Assembly: GCA_963816145.1 (NCBI GenBank)
Contig: CAWFJP010000003.1
Location: 128,001-192,000, forward strand
Origin: an uncultured delta proteobacterium
GTDB taxonomy: Bacteria > Desulfobacterota > Binatia > UBA9968
Length of the DNA: 64,000 bases
Direction: 5' to 3'
Position numbers and translations under genes: made by a program. Positions within the stretch are counted from its first letter, which is position 1. Each line of letters opens with the position of its first letter. Shown here in pieces: positions 17,346 to 27,094 of the stretch. Below the pieces are notes generated by a model. It saw nothing but the letters and a program-made list of their open reading frames with translations, was not told the origin of the DNA and did no database searches.

Positions 17346-19217
17346 GTGATGTTTACGCACCAACTTTTTGAAGCCCAGGCCAGAGAGACGCCGGACAATG
17401 TCGCGCTGGTTTATGGCGAGGATTCACTTACCTATCGCGAACTCGATTGCCGTGCCAATCAACTGGCGCGCCGCCTGCGCTCACTCGGGGTGGTTCCAGA
17501 GGTGCCAGTGGGCATCTGCATGGAGCGTTCCGTGGAATTGGTGATTGCGGTCCTGGCGCTGCTCAAAGCCGGCGGCGCCTATGTCCCGCTGGACCCGTCG
17601 AATCCCCAAGAGCGTCTATCTTTTATCGTTAATGAAACTCGGCCCAAAGTGCTGCTCGCTCAAGAACGGCTGTTGCAATGTCTTCCCGAAGTTGACGCAA
17701 AATCAATCTGCTTGGATACCGATTGGAGCACAGTATCCGCCGAAAGCGTCGATCCTGTTGAAAATTTAACTAACAGCGAAAACCTGGGCTTTCTGATCTA
17801 CACTTCGGGTTCCACCGGAGAACCCAAAGCGGTAATGCTGCCCCATCGCCCGCGTGATCCGCGCACTTCCCATGAGCAAAAGCTTTACCAAATGACCGCC
17901 AAGGACCGCCATATCCTAAAAAGTTCGATTAGTTTTACGCTGATACTTCGCGAACTTTTCTGGCCGCTTTTGACTGGCGCTCGTTTAATCATCAGTCCAC
18001 CGGGCACGGAAACCGATATGGACTATCTGCTTCAACTCATCGCGAAACACCAGATTAGTATTATCACGCTGACTCCTTCCACGCTTCGAGCCGTCCTATC
18101 CCAGAATGGGCTTGAGCGCTGCGATAGCCTGCGACACATCGTCTGTTTCGGCGAGCCTTTGACCGCGGATCTGCAATCGCTCTATTTTGCCAAACTGTCG
18201 GCGGAATTGAGTCTCTACTACGGCACCACAGAGGCTCCGAGCGCTACCTACCGCAAATGCCAACCGTTCGAATCGCAAACGATTACGGAAATGGGGCAAA
18301 CACTACCGGGCGTGCAATTGCGCTTGCTCAACGAATCTCTGGAGAGTGTTCCGGACGGAACCTGCGGTGAAATCTATCTGGGAGGGAAACTGGCCCGCGG
18401 CTATTTCAAACGTCCAGACCTGACGGCAGAAAAATTCATTCCTCATCCTTTCAGTCAGGAGCCAGGTGCACGCCTTTATAAAACCGGCGATCTCGGTCGC
18501 CTTTTGCCCGGCAATAGCATCGAATTCGTCGGTCGCGTGGATGATCTGGTCAAGGTCCGAGGTTTCCGCGTCGAGTTGGGGGAAATCGCCAAAACCATTC
18601 GTCAACATCCCGAGATTAATGATGCTGTGGTCGTCGCCCTTGATGCCGATTCCGATCGCAGCCGGATCGTGGCCTATGCCGTGCTCAAACCGAGATCGAC
18701 CATCGGCGCCACCGATCTTCGCTCGTTTATGCGATTAAAGTTGCCCGACTACATGGTCCCTGCGAGATTTATTTTCTTAGACGGTTTGCCGGTATCGCGT
18801 AATGGTAAGATTGACCGTAAAGCACTTCCTATTCCTGGACGGTCGAGGCCGGAGCTGAATACGCCGCTCATCAGCCATAGAACGCCTCTTGAAAAAGATC
18901 TGGCGCGAATTTGGTGCGACGTTCTTGAGCTGGATCAGATCGGCATACATGACAATTTTATTGATTTGGGAGGGGATTCGTTGGCGGCCACACGAATCAT
19001 ATCCCGGGTAATTGCCAACTTTCAGATAGAAATTCCTCTTCGGGCCTTGTTCCAATCACCAACCGTCGCTGAAATGGCGTGCGTCATTTCTCAACACGAA
19101 GTTAATAAACTGGAGCAACACGATCTGACAAAAATCCTTGACGAACTGGAGTGTCTCGGAGAAGAAGAGGCGCGTCGCTTGGCAAATAAAGTAACTTTAA
19201 AGCCGGCGAAAAAATGA
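17346..19217 (+). CDS. Stand-alone NRPS A-T didomain with atypical specificity pocket and C-terminal docking-like helix
   Basis: YTSGSTGEPK, YYGTTE, YKTGD, NGKIDR; T domain FIDLGGDSL. The A4 motif reads SFTL rather than SFDx. Acidic C-terminal tail ILDELECLGEEEARRL. Confidence 0.92.
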   Translation: MMFTHQLFEAQARETPDNVALVYGEDSLTYRELDCRANQLARRLRSLGVVPEVPVGICMERSVELVIAVLALLKAGGAYVPLDPSNPQERLSFIVNETRPKVLLAQERLLQCLPEVDAKSICLDTDWSTVSAESVDPVENLTNSENLGFLIYTSGSTGEPKAVMLPHRPRDPRTSHEQKLYQMTAKDRHILKSSISFTLILRELFWPLLTGARLIISPPGTETDMDYLLQLIAKHQISIITLTPSTLRAVLSQNGLERCDSLRHIVCFGEPLTADLQSLYFAKLSAELSLYYGTTEAPSATYRKCQPFESQTITEMGQTLPGVQLRLLNESLESVPDGTCGEIYLGGKLARGYFKRPDLTAEKFIPHPFSQEPGARLYKTGDLGRLLPGNSIEFVGRVDDLVKVRGFRVELGEIAKTIRQHPEINDAVVVALDADSDRSRIVAYAVLKPRSTIGATDLRSFMRLKLPDYMVPARFIFLDGLPVSRNGKIDRKALPIPGRSRPELNTPLISHRTPLEKDLARIWCDVLELDQIGIHDNFIDLGGDSLAATRIISRVIANFQIEIPLRALFQSPTVAEMACVISQHEVNKLEQHDLTKILDELECLGEEEARRLANKVTLKPAKK

Positions 19218-19397
19218 ACAACTGCAGGGGATTCCAACTGGACACCCCTCCGCAAATGTTTATGCCCATCATCCCATCACAGCCCAAACCGCACGGTTTT
19301 TTGTCAGTTGGTCATGACTCGTGTCAAGCCCGGAATTAGCTTCAGCGAGCATGGGTTTTAGGGAAACAAAAGTTAACCGTTATTTCCACTTGTAGAG

Positions 19398-19626
19398 GTG
19401 ATTGCGACGGTTTACTTAGAACTAGTTCGGCAGGCGGTACCCGCCGAGCTTCGAGAGATCGCAAAATTAATACGCGATGAAAATCGGCTTTTGACATTAG
19501 ATTAAGTGGCGCAGCGATTATCGGTCTCTAAGGATCGGGTCTAGCGGTAGGGGAAACAGATCAACTTTCACGAGAAAATTGGCTCCGAAACTGGTTCGCT
19601 TTTCTGAAGGCGCTGATGTTCGTTGA
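19398..19626 (+). pseudogene. Degraded excisionase-like HTH DNA-binding protein
   Basis: Manual translation: LELVRQAVPAELREI...RLLTLD*VAQRLSVSKDRV*R*, then a frameshift to FTRKLAPKLVRFSEG. This fits the MerR/Xis-type HTH pattern, with three stops. Confidence 0.65.
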
Positions 19627-19889
19627 CAGTGCACCGACAGTTCCTTAGTGGAACTGGCGCGGTTCACGCTATTCGGCATCGAACTTGAGGCGGAGGCCGT
19701 CGCTGCGTTGTTATGGCGGGAACTAGCTAAGCTGGTGGTTATTGTGTCCCAGCGGGAACTCCATGGGCATGCAGCGGGATATTGAGCGGCGGGAAAACAA
19801 GCCGGCGTATCGCCGTTAGAAGGCTTACGCTCGGCCTTGCATCAGCGCGGGATTTAGCGATATGAGTGCGACAGGAGAAAGGAGGTCCT

Positions 19890-20156
19890 ATGCCCGCATA
19901 CGACATTACAGCGCGTTGCCAGGATTGCGGCCGCGATCACCCGGTTCTCTTGAGGTTGCACATCGAAGAGGGTCCTGACCGCAAGCAAAGCATTACTGAT
20001 TCTTTTCGCGGGCGTTCGGTTCCTCCACAAGTTAAGGCCATTCGATGGCACACTGCGCTCTGTCCCATAACGGGTAGAAAATTCCCGTTGGAAAATGATA
20101 GCGAAGTGTTTTTAGTGCCGCCAGAGGTATTCAGGCGCGAGTCCGCCGGTCACTGA
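19890..20156 (+). CDS. Small hypothetical protein, possible Zn-binding
   Basis: AGGAGG RBS before ATG 19890; CQDC...H and CPITG motifs. Confidence 0.6.
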   Translation: MPAYDITARCQDCGRDHPVLLRLHIEEGPDRKQSITDSFRGRSVPPQVKAIRWHTALCPITGRKFPLENDSEVFLVPPEVFRRESAGH

Positions 20157-20549
20157 AATCGTGACTGAATCTCAACTTTGCTTCCTGTGCAGCCTTTCCC
20201 GCCCGGGCATCCACCCGCCAATCATGATGCTCCGCTAAGCCAGTGTAAATGCTTGTATCAAATTGAACATCCGGCCGCTGAATCACGATTCCAGTGGGCG
20301 CGAAAGTGAAGTCGCCAAATCGCAAACCGTGGGCAGTTCAAAGATCAGAGTGAGCGGCAGATCCACCCGATAACAACGAAGGGGACCAGCGGATTCGGAA
20401 CACAGGATCCTTCCACCCTGACTTATTCACGTTGCTGTTAGACCCTGTCAGATTCACATTGCTATGACACTCCGGTCCAATTCCTGTTGAAAGAAAACCC
20501 CGCTCTGTGCAATACATGGTGGCCCAATACATGTGCATGGGGCCACCAT

Positions 20550-21551
20550 ATGACTGTAAATGAGATCAAAAATAGGTCGAGAGAAATCGAATTCGGAGTC
20601 CTTCTCCATACACGGCATTTGATTCGCAACGACGGACTAGCGCCTTCGTTTAAGACCATGTGGGAAGAGGCCGCACTTGCTGAAAAGCTCGGCATGGATC
20701 ACGTGTGGATTGGCGATAGCGTGACCGTATTAGACAGGGCGAGGGGTGACTGTCTAACCCTGATGGCTTCCCTTGCGATGAAAACAACCCGCCTCAAAAT
20801 TGGCACTGTGCCTCTTCTTCCCGCCATGCGTCCCCCGGTATTGCTAGCTCACACTCTCGCGACGCTCGACGTGATCTCACAGGGCCGTGTTCTAATTGGC
20901 GCCAGTGTCGCTCCGTCACTCCCCTACATACAGCATCAGTTCGAAGCATGCGGCGTTCCGTATTCCGAAAAGGCCGGTCGACTTAGCGAATCGATCCAAA
21001 TCATGAAGCGGTTATGGACAGAAAAAACGGTAAGCTTCGAAGGCAAATATCACAAGCTCCAGGATGTCGGCATATTACCCCATCCCATTCAACAGCCGAG
21101 TATCCCAGTGTGGGTGACAGCGGACCGTAGCGAAAACGCTTTCAAGCGCGTCGCGCGCTTGGCCGACGGTTGGTTCACGTCGGGTTCTCGCCCAGTGGAG
21201 AAATTTGCGATAAACCGGAATAAAATTCAGGCTTACGCGGAAACCTATGGCAGACGAAATTGGGATTTGCCATCGGGTATTTATGCCACGTTCAATCTGG
21301 ATACAAACCGGGAAAAGGCCATAGAAGAGGGATGGAAGTGGGCGATGGATTTTTTTCTTCAACCGAAGGCGAATTTGGATCATCTCTTTACTATCTTTGG
21401 AACACCGGATGACTGTGTCCAACTTCTCCAGACGTATGTTGATGCGGGGCTTACGGTAATCGTTGCCCGTTTGGCTTCCTCTGATGTTGAAAGGCAAATG
21501 CGACTGTTGATTGAGGAGGTAAAGCCTCGGCTGAGACCCCGAGTTGTATAG
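20550..21551 (+). CDS. LLM-class (luciferase-like) flavin-dependent oxidoreductase
   Basis: AEKLGMDHVWIGD, LATLDVISQGR, FEGKYH, RVARLADGW, IFGTPDDC. ATG 20550 is preferred over the TTG at 20487. Confidence 0.9.
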   Translation: MTVNEIKNRSREIEFGVLLHTRHLIRNDGLAPSFKTMWEEAALAEKLGMDHVWIGDSVTVLDRARGDCLTLMASLAMKTTRLKIGTVPLLPAMRPPVLLAHTLATLDVISQGRVLIGASVAPSLPYIQHQFEACGVPYSEKAGRLSESIQIMKRLWTEKTVSFEGKYHKLQDVGILPHPIQQPSIPVWVTADRSENAFKRVARLADGWFTSGSRPVEKFAINRNKIQAYAETYGRRNWDLPSGIYATFNLDTNREKAIEEGWKWAMDFFLQPKANLDHLFTIFGTPDDCVQLLQTYVDAGLTVIVARLASSDVERQMRLLIEEVKPRLRPRVV

Positions 21552-21698
21552 TTCGGCGCTCGTCACGAAGGAACGCAGAGCGATCGTTGGAAGCTGTTCA
21601 TGGAAAGCGCGGTGGCTGGGTAGTCTACGCCCATCGACCGGCTCGAAAAATGAGATTGTCCTGAAATACAATTTCTCAGAATAAAAAAGGAGTGAGCT

Positions 21699-22553
21699 AT
21701 GAGTAAATCAACCCCTAGCGTTATCCGAATCGATCACGGCGTTATTCCGACCAACGATTTAGGAAAGTCGCTGTCTTTTTTTACCGATGTCCTGGGTGCT
21801 CGCTTTAATGCTCTCGTAAATGTCAACCTGCGTGGGCTTAATCGTGAAGTTCCGGAGATTGCGTTCTTTACGTTAGCAAACCACCGAGGATTCGGTCTTT
21901 CGCTCGAAGATCAACCCATTCCGCCACCGATTCGCCCCTTAGAAGGACCTGTATGGGGATTCGAGGTCGACGACCGCGGTTTGGCAGGTGTAATCGCGGC
22001 TTTAGACCATCGTAAAGTCGCTTACGAGGGACCCGTAGAATATGCCAAGCCCAGTCCGATTGCCGCGTCCCTCTTCATACGAGATGTCCATGATTTCAAC
22101 TACGAGTTTTCGGTGCGGCGTGACGGACAAAAGAGCACTGACCCCGGTCAGGGAGACTTGGGACTTCGTCGCATCAACCATGTCCGACTCGAGGTCACGG
22201 ATTTACCGCTTGCTGAGCGTTGGTACCTGGATACGCTGGGTTTGGGTCGAATCGACCCGGTACCAGGGGATCGCCAAGCATCACTGGTGGTAGCGGAGAC
22301 GGAGCAGATCTTTATCCTTCATGAAGTGTCGCAGATGACGCAACGAAGCCACTACTGCCGTGGCCCCCACGTAGATGTCAAGGTTCCTATTGGGTCATTC
22401 GAGCCGTTCGTCTCGAACTTAACCAACGTTGAGAAATACTGGAGTCCGTTCGGCAACCGCATCCCGTGGCATGAGCCAAATATGCAGACGGTCTATTTCT
22501 ACGATCCATTCGGCAATCGTCTGCAGGTGAGCGAAAATAGACCGCATCATTGA
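21699..22553 (+). CDS. Two-domain VOC (glyoxalase/extradiol dioxygenase fold) protein
   Basis: RIDHG..TNDL..SLSFFTDVLG; RINHVRLEVTDL...WYLDTLG; YFYDPFGNRLQ. GGAG RBS. Confidence 0.85.
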   Translation: MSKSTPSVIRIDHGVIPTNDLGKSLSFFTDVLGARFNALVNVNLRGLNREVPEIAFFTLANHRGFGLSLEDQPIPPPIRPLEGPVWGFEVDDRGLAGVIAALDHRKVAYEGPVEYAKPSPIAASLFIRDVHDFNYEFSVRRDGQKSTDPGQGDLGLRRINHVRLEVTDLPLAERWYLDTLGLGRIDPVPGDRQASLVVAETEQIFILHEVSQMTQRSHYCRGPHVDVKVPIGSFEPFVSNLTNVEKYWSPFGNRIPWHEPNMQTVYFYDPFGNRLQVSENRPHH

Positions 22554-22786
22554 AACGGCGCGAACATTGCCGCTATGCCGCCGGCTGTTGGCGAACGCTG
22601 ATCACGGTGATAATCGCTGAAGTCGTCGGTTTAACAATGGGGCTAGTTGTTCAAGTTTCCAGTTCAGCGCCAAGCACGATTAACTCCTCGCTCTCGTCGG
22701 TGCTGAAAAGATTTGCAGGTGGTTAGCTGTTGCCTATCGTGTGGCCCCATGGAGCCTTTGCGGGAAGACTAAAAAGGAGAAGAACT

Positions 22787-23899
22787 ATGATTAGCAGTCC
22801 GATCTCCGACATGATGCTCGGAGTCAAAAACATGATTGAGGCGGCGGATATCCGGACCGGAGACCAAGTGTTACTTTTGGCAGACCGTCGAAGCGACCCC
22901 ATGAGTATCGAAGCTCTCACTGCAGGGCTCAAAATGCACGGTGCCATCCCGATGTCGTTGATGACTGAGCCGATTTCCCGCTACGGGCATGTTCCCGACG
23001 CGGTGCTACAAGCCATGCATGCTTCGGACGTCGCTATTTGGGTTTGGCCAGTTTTCATCACCTTCACCCCAAATCATCGAGCGATGGGCCGCCAGCGCGA
23101 AGAAAGCGGCACCCAGCTCAAGGAGCGACGGCTAAAACCGTACTTCGTTTACTTCGAGGGCACTCCCGGTCTCTTGGCGCGCGATTATGCGAAATTTCCT
23201 AACAAGGTTATGTGGAAGTTGGCTGAGAAAGTACGTGAGGTCGTGGCCTCCGGACGGGTGGTTAGAGTCGAAGACGATCTGGGTTCTAAATTGACCGCTA
23301 CCTACGACGGCAAACGCCTTTATGGCATGCAGTTTCGCGCCGGCGATCCACCGGGCCGCTGCCATTTTCCGTGGGGTCGTTGCGGTGTTTTCAACGGCGA
23401 CGGAAACGCAGATGGAGAAATATATTTAAGTTGCGTCCAAGGTGTGGCCGGCATGCTGGCCGAGCCAATGCACTGGAAGGTCAAGGACAGCTGGGTGGTG
23501 GAAGTTGATGGTGGGGGAGAGGTCGGAGAGGAATGCCGCAGACTCTTTGAACAGGTTCCGGGTTCAAATCGTTTGATCGAAATTATGTTTGGCTATCACC
23601 CTAAGGCTTCGATCGCCCACGGGATCGATGATCCGATGCACTGGGAACTCATTAGCAAGATGCCTTGGGCTGGCCTAGGTACCGAACGGAAACACCCGAA
23701 CTTTCGACATGTGGACGGCTCGGTCATGAACGCTCGCCTTTACATCGATGATCGGCTCGTTGTTGACAAGTACGGGATGCTCGATCGGTCACTGCTGCAC
23801 CATCCTGAGGTGTTAGATGTGGCTAGCCAATTCGGCGACCCCTATCAGGTGCTTGCGCCGGTATCACACGAAGCCCACGGGTCGAACACATCATGGTAG
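22787..23899 (+). CDS. M29 aminopeptidase-fold protein (NicX 2,5-dihydroxypyridine dioxygenase-like)
   Basis: GDQVLLLAD N-terminus; ADGEIYL; EIMFGYHPKA; C-terminal HVDG..NARLYIDDRLVV. AAGGAG RBS before ATG 22787. Confidence 0.6.
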   Translation: MISSPISDMMLGVKNMIEAADIRTGDQVLLLADRRSDPMSIEALTAGLKMHGAIPMSLMTEPISRYGHVPDAVLQAMHASDVAIWVWPVFITFTPNHRAMGRQREESGTQLKERRLKPYFVYFEGTPGLLARDYAKFPNKVMWKLAEKVREVVASGRVVRVEDDLGSKLTATYDGKRLYGMQFRAGDPPGRCHFPWGRCGVFNGDGNADGEIYLSCVQGVAGMLAEPMHWKVKDSWVVEVDGGGEVGEECRRLFEQVPGSNRLIEIMFGYHPKASIAHGIDDPMHWELISKMPWAGLGTERKHPNFRHVDGSVMNARLYIDDRLVVDKYGMLDRSLLHHPEVLDVASQFGDPYQVLAPVSHEAHGSNTSW

Positions 23900-24216
23900 C
23901 GCAAAACTTTCATGCTAAGCGGTTTGAAAACTTTCTCTCGTGAACAACATAACACGCATTGCCTCAGCCCCCAGTTAGAAGTCGCCCAATAAAGATATCA
24001 CGCAACTGTCAAAGGGTATTTAAAATGATTCCAGAGTTCACAGAGAGATCTTACCGAACGGAGGCCACATTTCTTTGAAGCAACTGTGACTACTTGTAGT
24101 GGCCCTCGCTCGACGCTGATTTTAGGCGGTGCAGAACCGGTCGCGTGAACGGTGCTTCGACAAAAGGCGGAGCGTCGTACTAAACGAACTGCAAATCAAC
24201 AAACAAGGAATAACGC

Positions 24217-25203
24217 ATGCGTAAATTTCGATGGAGCGCCATTCTCAGAGTTGCTGCTGCATTGTTAATTATTACATGGATTAGCTCCGCCCGTGCCGAA
24301 GAAGTGAGCGTGTCTTACGCTACCTTCACTGCGTCCTACATGGACCATTTGGTTGCTTTCGAAAGAGGCTACTTCACCGAAGAGGGATTGACTCTGAATA
24401 GGATTACGGCGGGCGGCGGAATTGCAACCCAAACTCTTGTCGCCAACAAATTGGATTTCAGCTCCTCTGGCAGTTCGGCGATGAGTGCTGCCATCCGCGG
24501 CGGACCTGTCAAGGTTGTTTATACCAACCTTTCACGACCCGCGTATAAACTGGTGACGAACAAACCCGAAATTCGGACAATGCAGGACCTGATCGGTAGA
24601 AAGATTGCGATTAACACCCATGGAGACACCGGCCACCTCGCAACGCTTTTGCTGCTAAGAAAACACCACATTAATCCTAAATCCGTTTTGTTCATCGCAG
24701 TGCGCAGTAACGATGCAAAGCTTCCCGCGTTTCTCGCAGGTGCCGTCGATGCCGCGCCACTGACTGCCGGGGAAATCACCAAGATAGGCCCGGACAAAGG
24801 GCGAATTTTTGCTGATTTTCGCACGGAGATACAGATGGTGTACACCGGTGTGGCGGTTTCCAACCGGTTTCTCGCCGAAAGACCGATGACTGTGGAACGC
24901 TTTATGCGCGGGCTGGCCAAAGGGCGCGAATTTGCGAGACGTTTCAAAGAACCAACGGTTGCCATTATCGCTAAACGTAATCCGCTGCCGGTGGAAGCCT
25001 TGTCGCTCGATTATGACATCGCGCTGGGAAGCATGACCGAGGAGGGATGGATTAGTGATGAAACGCTTAACGAAGAAGTAAAGACCCGTGCTGAGTTGGT
25101 TAATGCTACCAAAGTTCCGGATGTGGGGACTATTTTCGACTATGCCCCGATCAAAAAGGCATATGCAGACTTGAAGAAAGAGGGGTGGAAGCCGACGCGG
25201 TGA
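24217..25203 (+). CDS. ABC transporter substrate-binding protein, SsuA/THI5-like
   Basis: Signal peptide; ERGYFTEEGL; DLIGRKIAIN; AGAVDAAPL. Confidence 0.88.
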   Translation: MRKFRWSAILRVAAALLIITWISSARAEEVSVSYATFTASYMDHLVAFERGYFTEEGLTLNRITAGGGIATQTLVANKLDFSSSGSSAMSAAIRGGPVKVVYTNLSRPAYKLVTNKPEIRTMQDLIGRKIAINTHGDTGHLATLLLLRKHHINPKSVLFIAVRSNDAKLPAFLAGAVDAAPLTAGEITKIGPDKGRIFADFRTEIQMVYTGVAVSNRFLAERPMTVERFMRGLAKGREFARRFKEPTVAIIAKRNPLPVEALSLDYDIALGSMTEEGWISDETLNEEVKTRAELVNATKVPDVGTIFDYAPIKKAYADLKKEGWKPTR

Positions 25204-25285
25204 CCCCATCAGCAATTCCGTCCAATGCCGGCCGCGTCGCCAGCGGTCTTTTCGTAATCAATAGCTATTTGTTCACACGTCAATC

Positions 25286-25312
25286 TAGCGTCTTCGACGG
25301 GATTTGAAGCCG
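25286..25312 (-). repeat. Degenerate copy of tRNA-Glu 3' end (att scar)
   Basis: tagcgtcttcgacgggatttgaagccg versus tggcgtccccgacgggatttgaacccg at 26841-26867 (23/27 identical). Confidence 0.75.
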
Positions 25313-25464
25313 AATATGAGAACCGGGACGATGGTGACTAACTGGACAAAGTCGAATGGAAGGAGGGCCGATAGATCTGGAGGCTACAGGCTCAGACCAG
25401 GGCAAGAGTGAGGAAGTGACGTTAGGTCTCGCTGTAGAGCAAAAATCCTTAAGTTCAATGCTGT

Positions 25465-25536
25465 GGGCCGGCGCGTCCCTGGGCCTCAGCCGTCGGGCAC
25501 GGGCAATGAGGCCCACCAGATCTCACCACGTCTCAT
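25465..25536 (-). pseudogene. Truncated MazF/PemK toxin remnant
   Basis: Manual translation MRRGEIWWASLPVPDG*GPGTRRP is a typical PemK N-terminus with an internal stop. It overlaps the end of the upstream antitoxin. Confidence 0.75.
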
Positions 25537-25759
25537 CAGAAAGCGTTTCCGCCTGAGCTTTCTCGATGGCGGGATCGACCGCGGACGAATGGCGGCTATA
25601 GACTTGATTGAGATATTTCGTGATCGACTTTGGATCGTGCGAGGTTACGTAAGAGGCTAGTGCCTCGGCATAAAGGCGGCTGCGGGGTTTCTTGAGCTTT
25701 CTGGCCAGACTCTCGGCGCTCTTAAAGATCGGATCAGGAATGGAGACGGCAACTTTCAT
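25523..25759 (-). CDS. RHH antitoxin (MazE/ChpI-like)
   Basis: MKVAVSIPDPIF..AESLARKLKKPRSRLYAEAL; ends ETW; lies directly upstream of the MazF remnant. Confidence 0.85.
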   Translation of the reverse strand: MKVAVSIPDPIFKSAESLARKLKKPRSRLYAEALASYVTSHDPKSITKYLNQVYSRHSSAVDPAIEKAQAETLSDETW

Positions 25760-25899
25760 GGGTTGATGGTATCACCACGAAATTAACCTGCCAAGGCGAA
25801 TGGTTCTGGGAATGGATGGATCGCGTGAAGGTGAAAAGGTAGTGGGTCACGGTCCCGGGGGACCGCCTTCGGTCACTGCGGGATCCCTTCACGGGACTG

Positions 25900-26175
25900 T
25901 TAGCGCCAGTCCTGTGCACCGTGGTAGAAGTGCAGGACTTCGACAGTTTCGCCTTTCACCCTGTAAACCACAATGTATGGAAGCGGTGATAATACCAGCT
26001 CTCTTGTGCCGCTACGGTGGCCGGGCCTGCCCCGATTGGGCATGGTTTGGAGCGAACGGACGTGTTCGTAGATGGCCCGGACCGTCGACTCAGCAAATTG
26101 AGGATAATGCTTTTGGAGGTAATGGTTGATGTTCGTTAAGTCATCCGCGGCGGGAACAGTCCAGCGAATACGCAT
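25900..26175 (-). CDS. Type II toxin, RelE/ParE family
   Basis: MRIRWTVPAADDL...GRPG..GTRELV..LPYIVVYRV...EVLHFYHGAQDW. Confidence 0.92.
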   Translation of the reverse strand: MRIRWTVPAADDLTNINHYLQKHYPQFAESTVRAIYEHVRSLQTMPNRGRPGHRSGTRELVLSPLPYIVVYRVKGETVEVLHFYHGAQDWR

Positions 26176-26399
26176 CAGATTTTGAACATCGCCTCAAGCC
26201 GGGCATCCATTTCCTCTTCTTCGATAAACTCGCCACGCTCTGCCGCGTCGATGCCTTTCTGTACCGCGGCAAGAAAACGGGATTCCTCCTCCAGATAACG
26301 GGCAACGACACGTGTCGCCAATTCATCGGGTATCGTCCCGGACTTTTGGGCCAGCTGCGTAAGCTGGGCTTGCTGCTCACGTGTAAGGTGCAGTTCCAT
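26175..26399 (-). CDS. Cognate antitoxin (CopG-like)
   Basis: 74 aa, FLAAVQKGIDAAERGEFIEEEEM; TGATG coupling to the toxin. Confidence 0.88.
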   Translation of the reverse strand: MELHLTREQQAQLTQLAQKSGTIPDELATRVVARYLEEESRFLAAVQKGIDAAERGEFIEEEEMDARLEAMFKI

Positions 26400-26840
26400 G
26401 AGGTTAGCTTAAGCAAAAACCAGAAATCTTGCAACGTGAGCAAGTCCGAACCTTTTTGATCGGCGTCGAATTCAAATCGGCGCGTCTCTGCCATGAGAGA
26501 CCGGCACAAACCGGCGCCAATGACGAAACCGGACGAACGGCGGGCGTATGGCGGCGCGATGGTTCCTACTCACCGTTTCGATATTGGAGCGGCGTTCTAA
26601 AGTCACTGGACTTCCGGTTGATTTTCAAATCCAGCACCAGACTCATGCAAATGAGCAGCATAAAGGACCGCGCCATTGCATCGGCTTTCGGATAGCGAAG
26701 GAATCACCCACGCCTTTGTTCTCTTGTTGGGCGTGACAAATCCTCACGTGGGCCTACAATAGCACACCGGCCATTTTGGGTACTCGTAATTTACTAGTAA
26801 AGTTGCAGTCTAAGATGCTGTTCTTCGCAAGGAATTTATT

Positions 26841-26918
26841 TGGCGTCCCCGACGGGATTTGAACCCGTGTTATCGGCGTGAAAGGCCGGTGTCCTGGGCC
26901 GAGCTAGACGACGGGGAC
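26841..26918 (-). tRNA. tRNA-Glu (UUC)
   Basis: Reverse complement GTCCCCG...CCTTTCACG...GGTTCAAATCC CGTCGGGGAC GCCA: cloverleaf, TTC anticodon, encoded CCA. Confidence 0.97.
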
Positions 26919-26920
26919 GT

Positions 26921-26959
26921 AATGGTGAGCCGTGCTGGATTCGAACCAGCGACCCTCTG
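26921..26959 (-). repeat. Duplicated 3' half of tRNA-Lys (att core)
   Basis: 39 bp identical to 29572-29610; the match breaks down in the anticodon loop (ttcaaaag vs cttaaaag). Confidence 0.95.
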
Positions 26960-27094
26960 TTCAAAAGTGCGAGCAGTAGGGAAGTTAAGACCGACACCTT
27001 ACTAGACTACATAGGTTTTTCAACCCTTTCCGCAGTAAAAAACAACCCGCAGCGAAACCCTTTCGGCGACAGTTCACGGACAAAAGACGGACAA

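Larger units (their letters stand above)
25286..26867. mobile_element. ~1.6-kb decayed islet at tRNA-Glu 3' end carrying toxin-antitoxin genes
   Basis: Bounded by tRNA-Glu and its degenerate 3' duplicate. Contains a RelE/ParE pair, an RHH antitoxin and a MazF remnant. No integrase is seen. Confidence 0.65.

Noticed and set aside
26921-26968. A second tRNA-Lys gene
   Set aside because: Only the 3' half is present; it is an att duplication.
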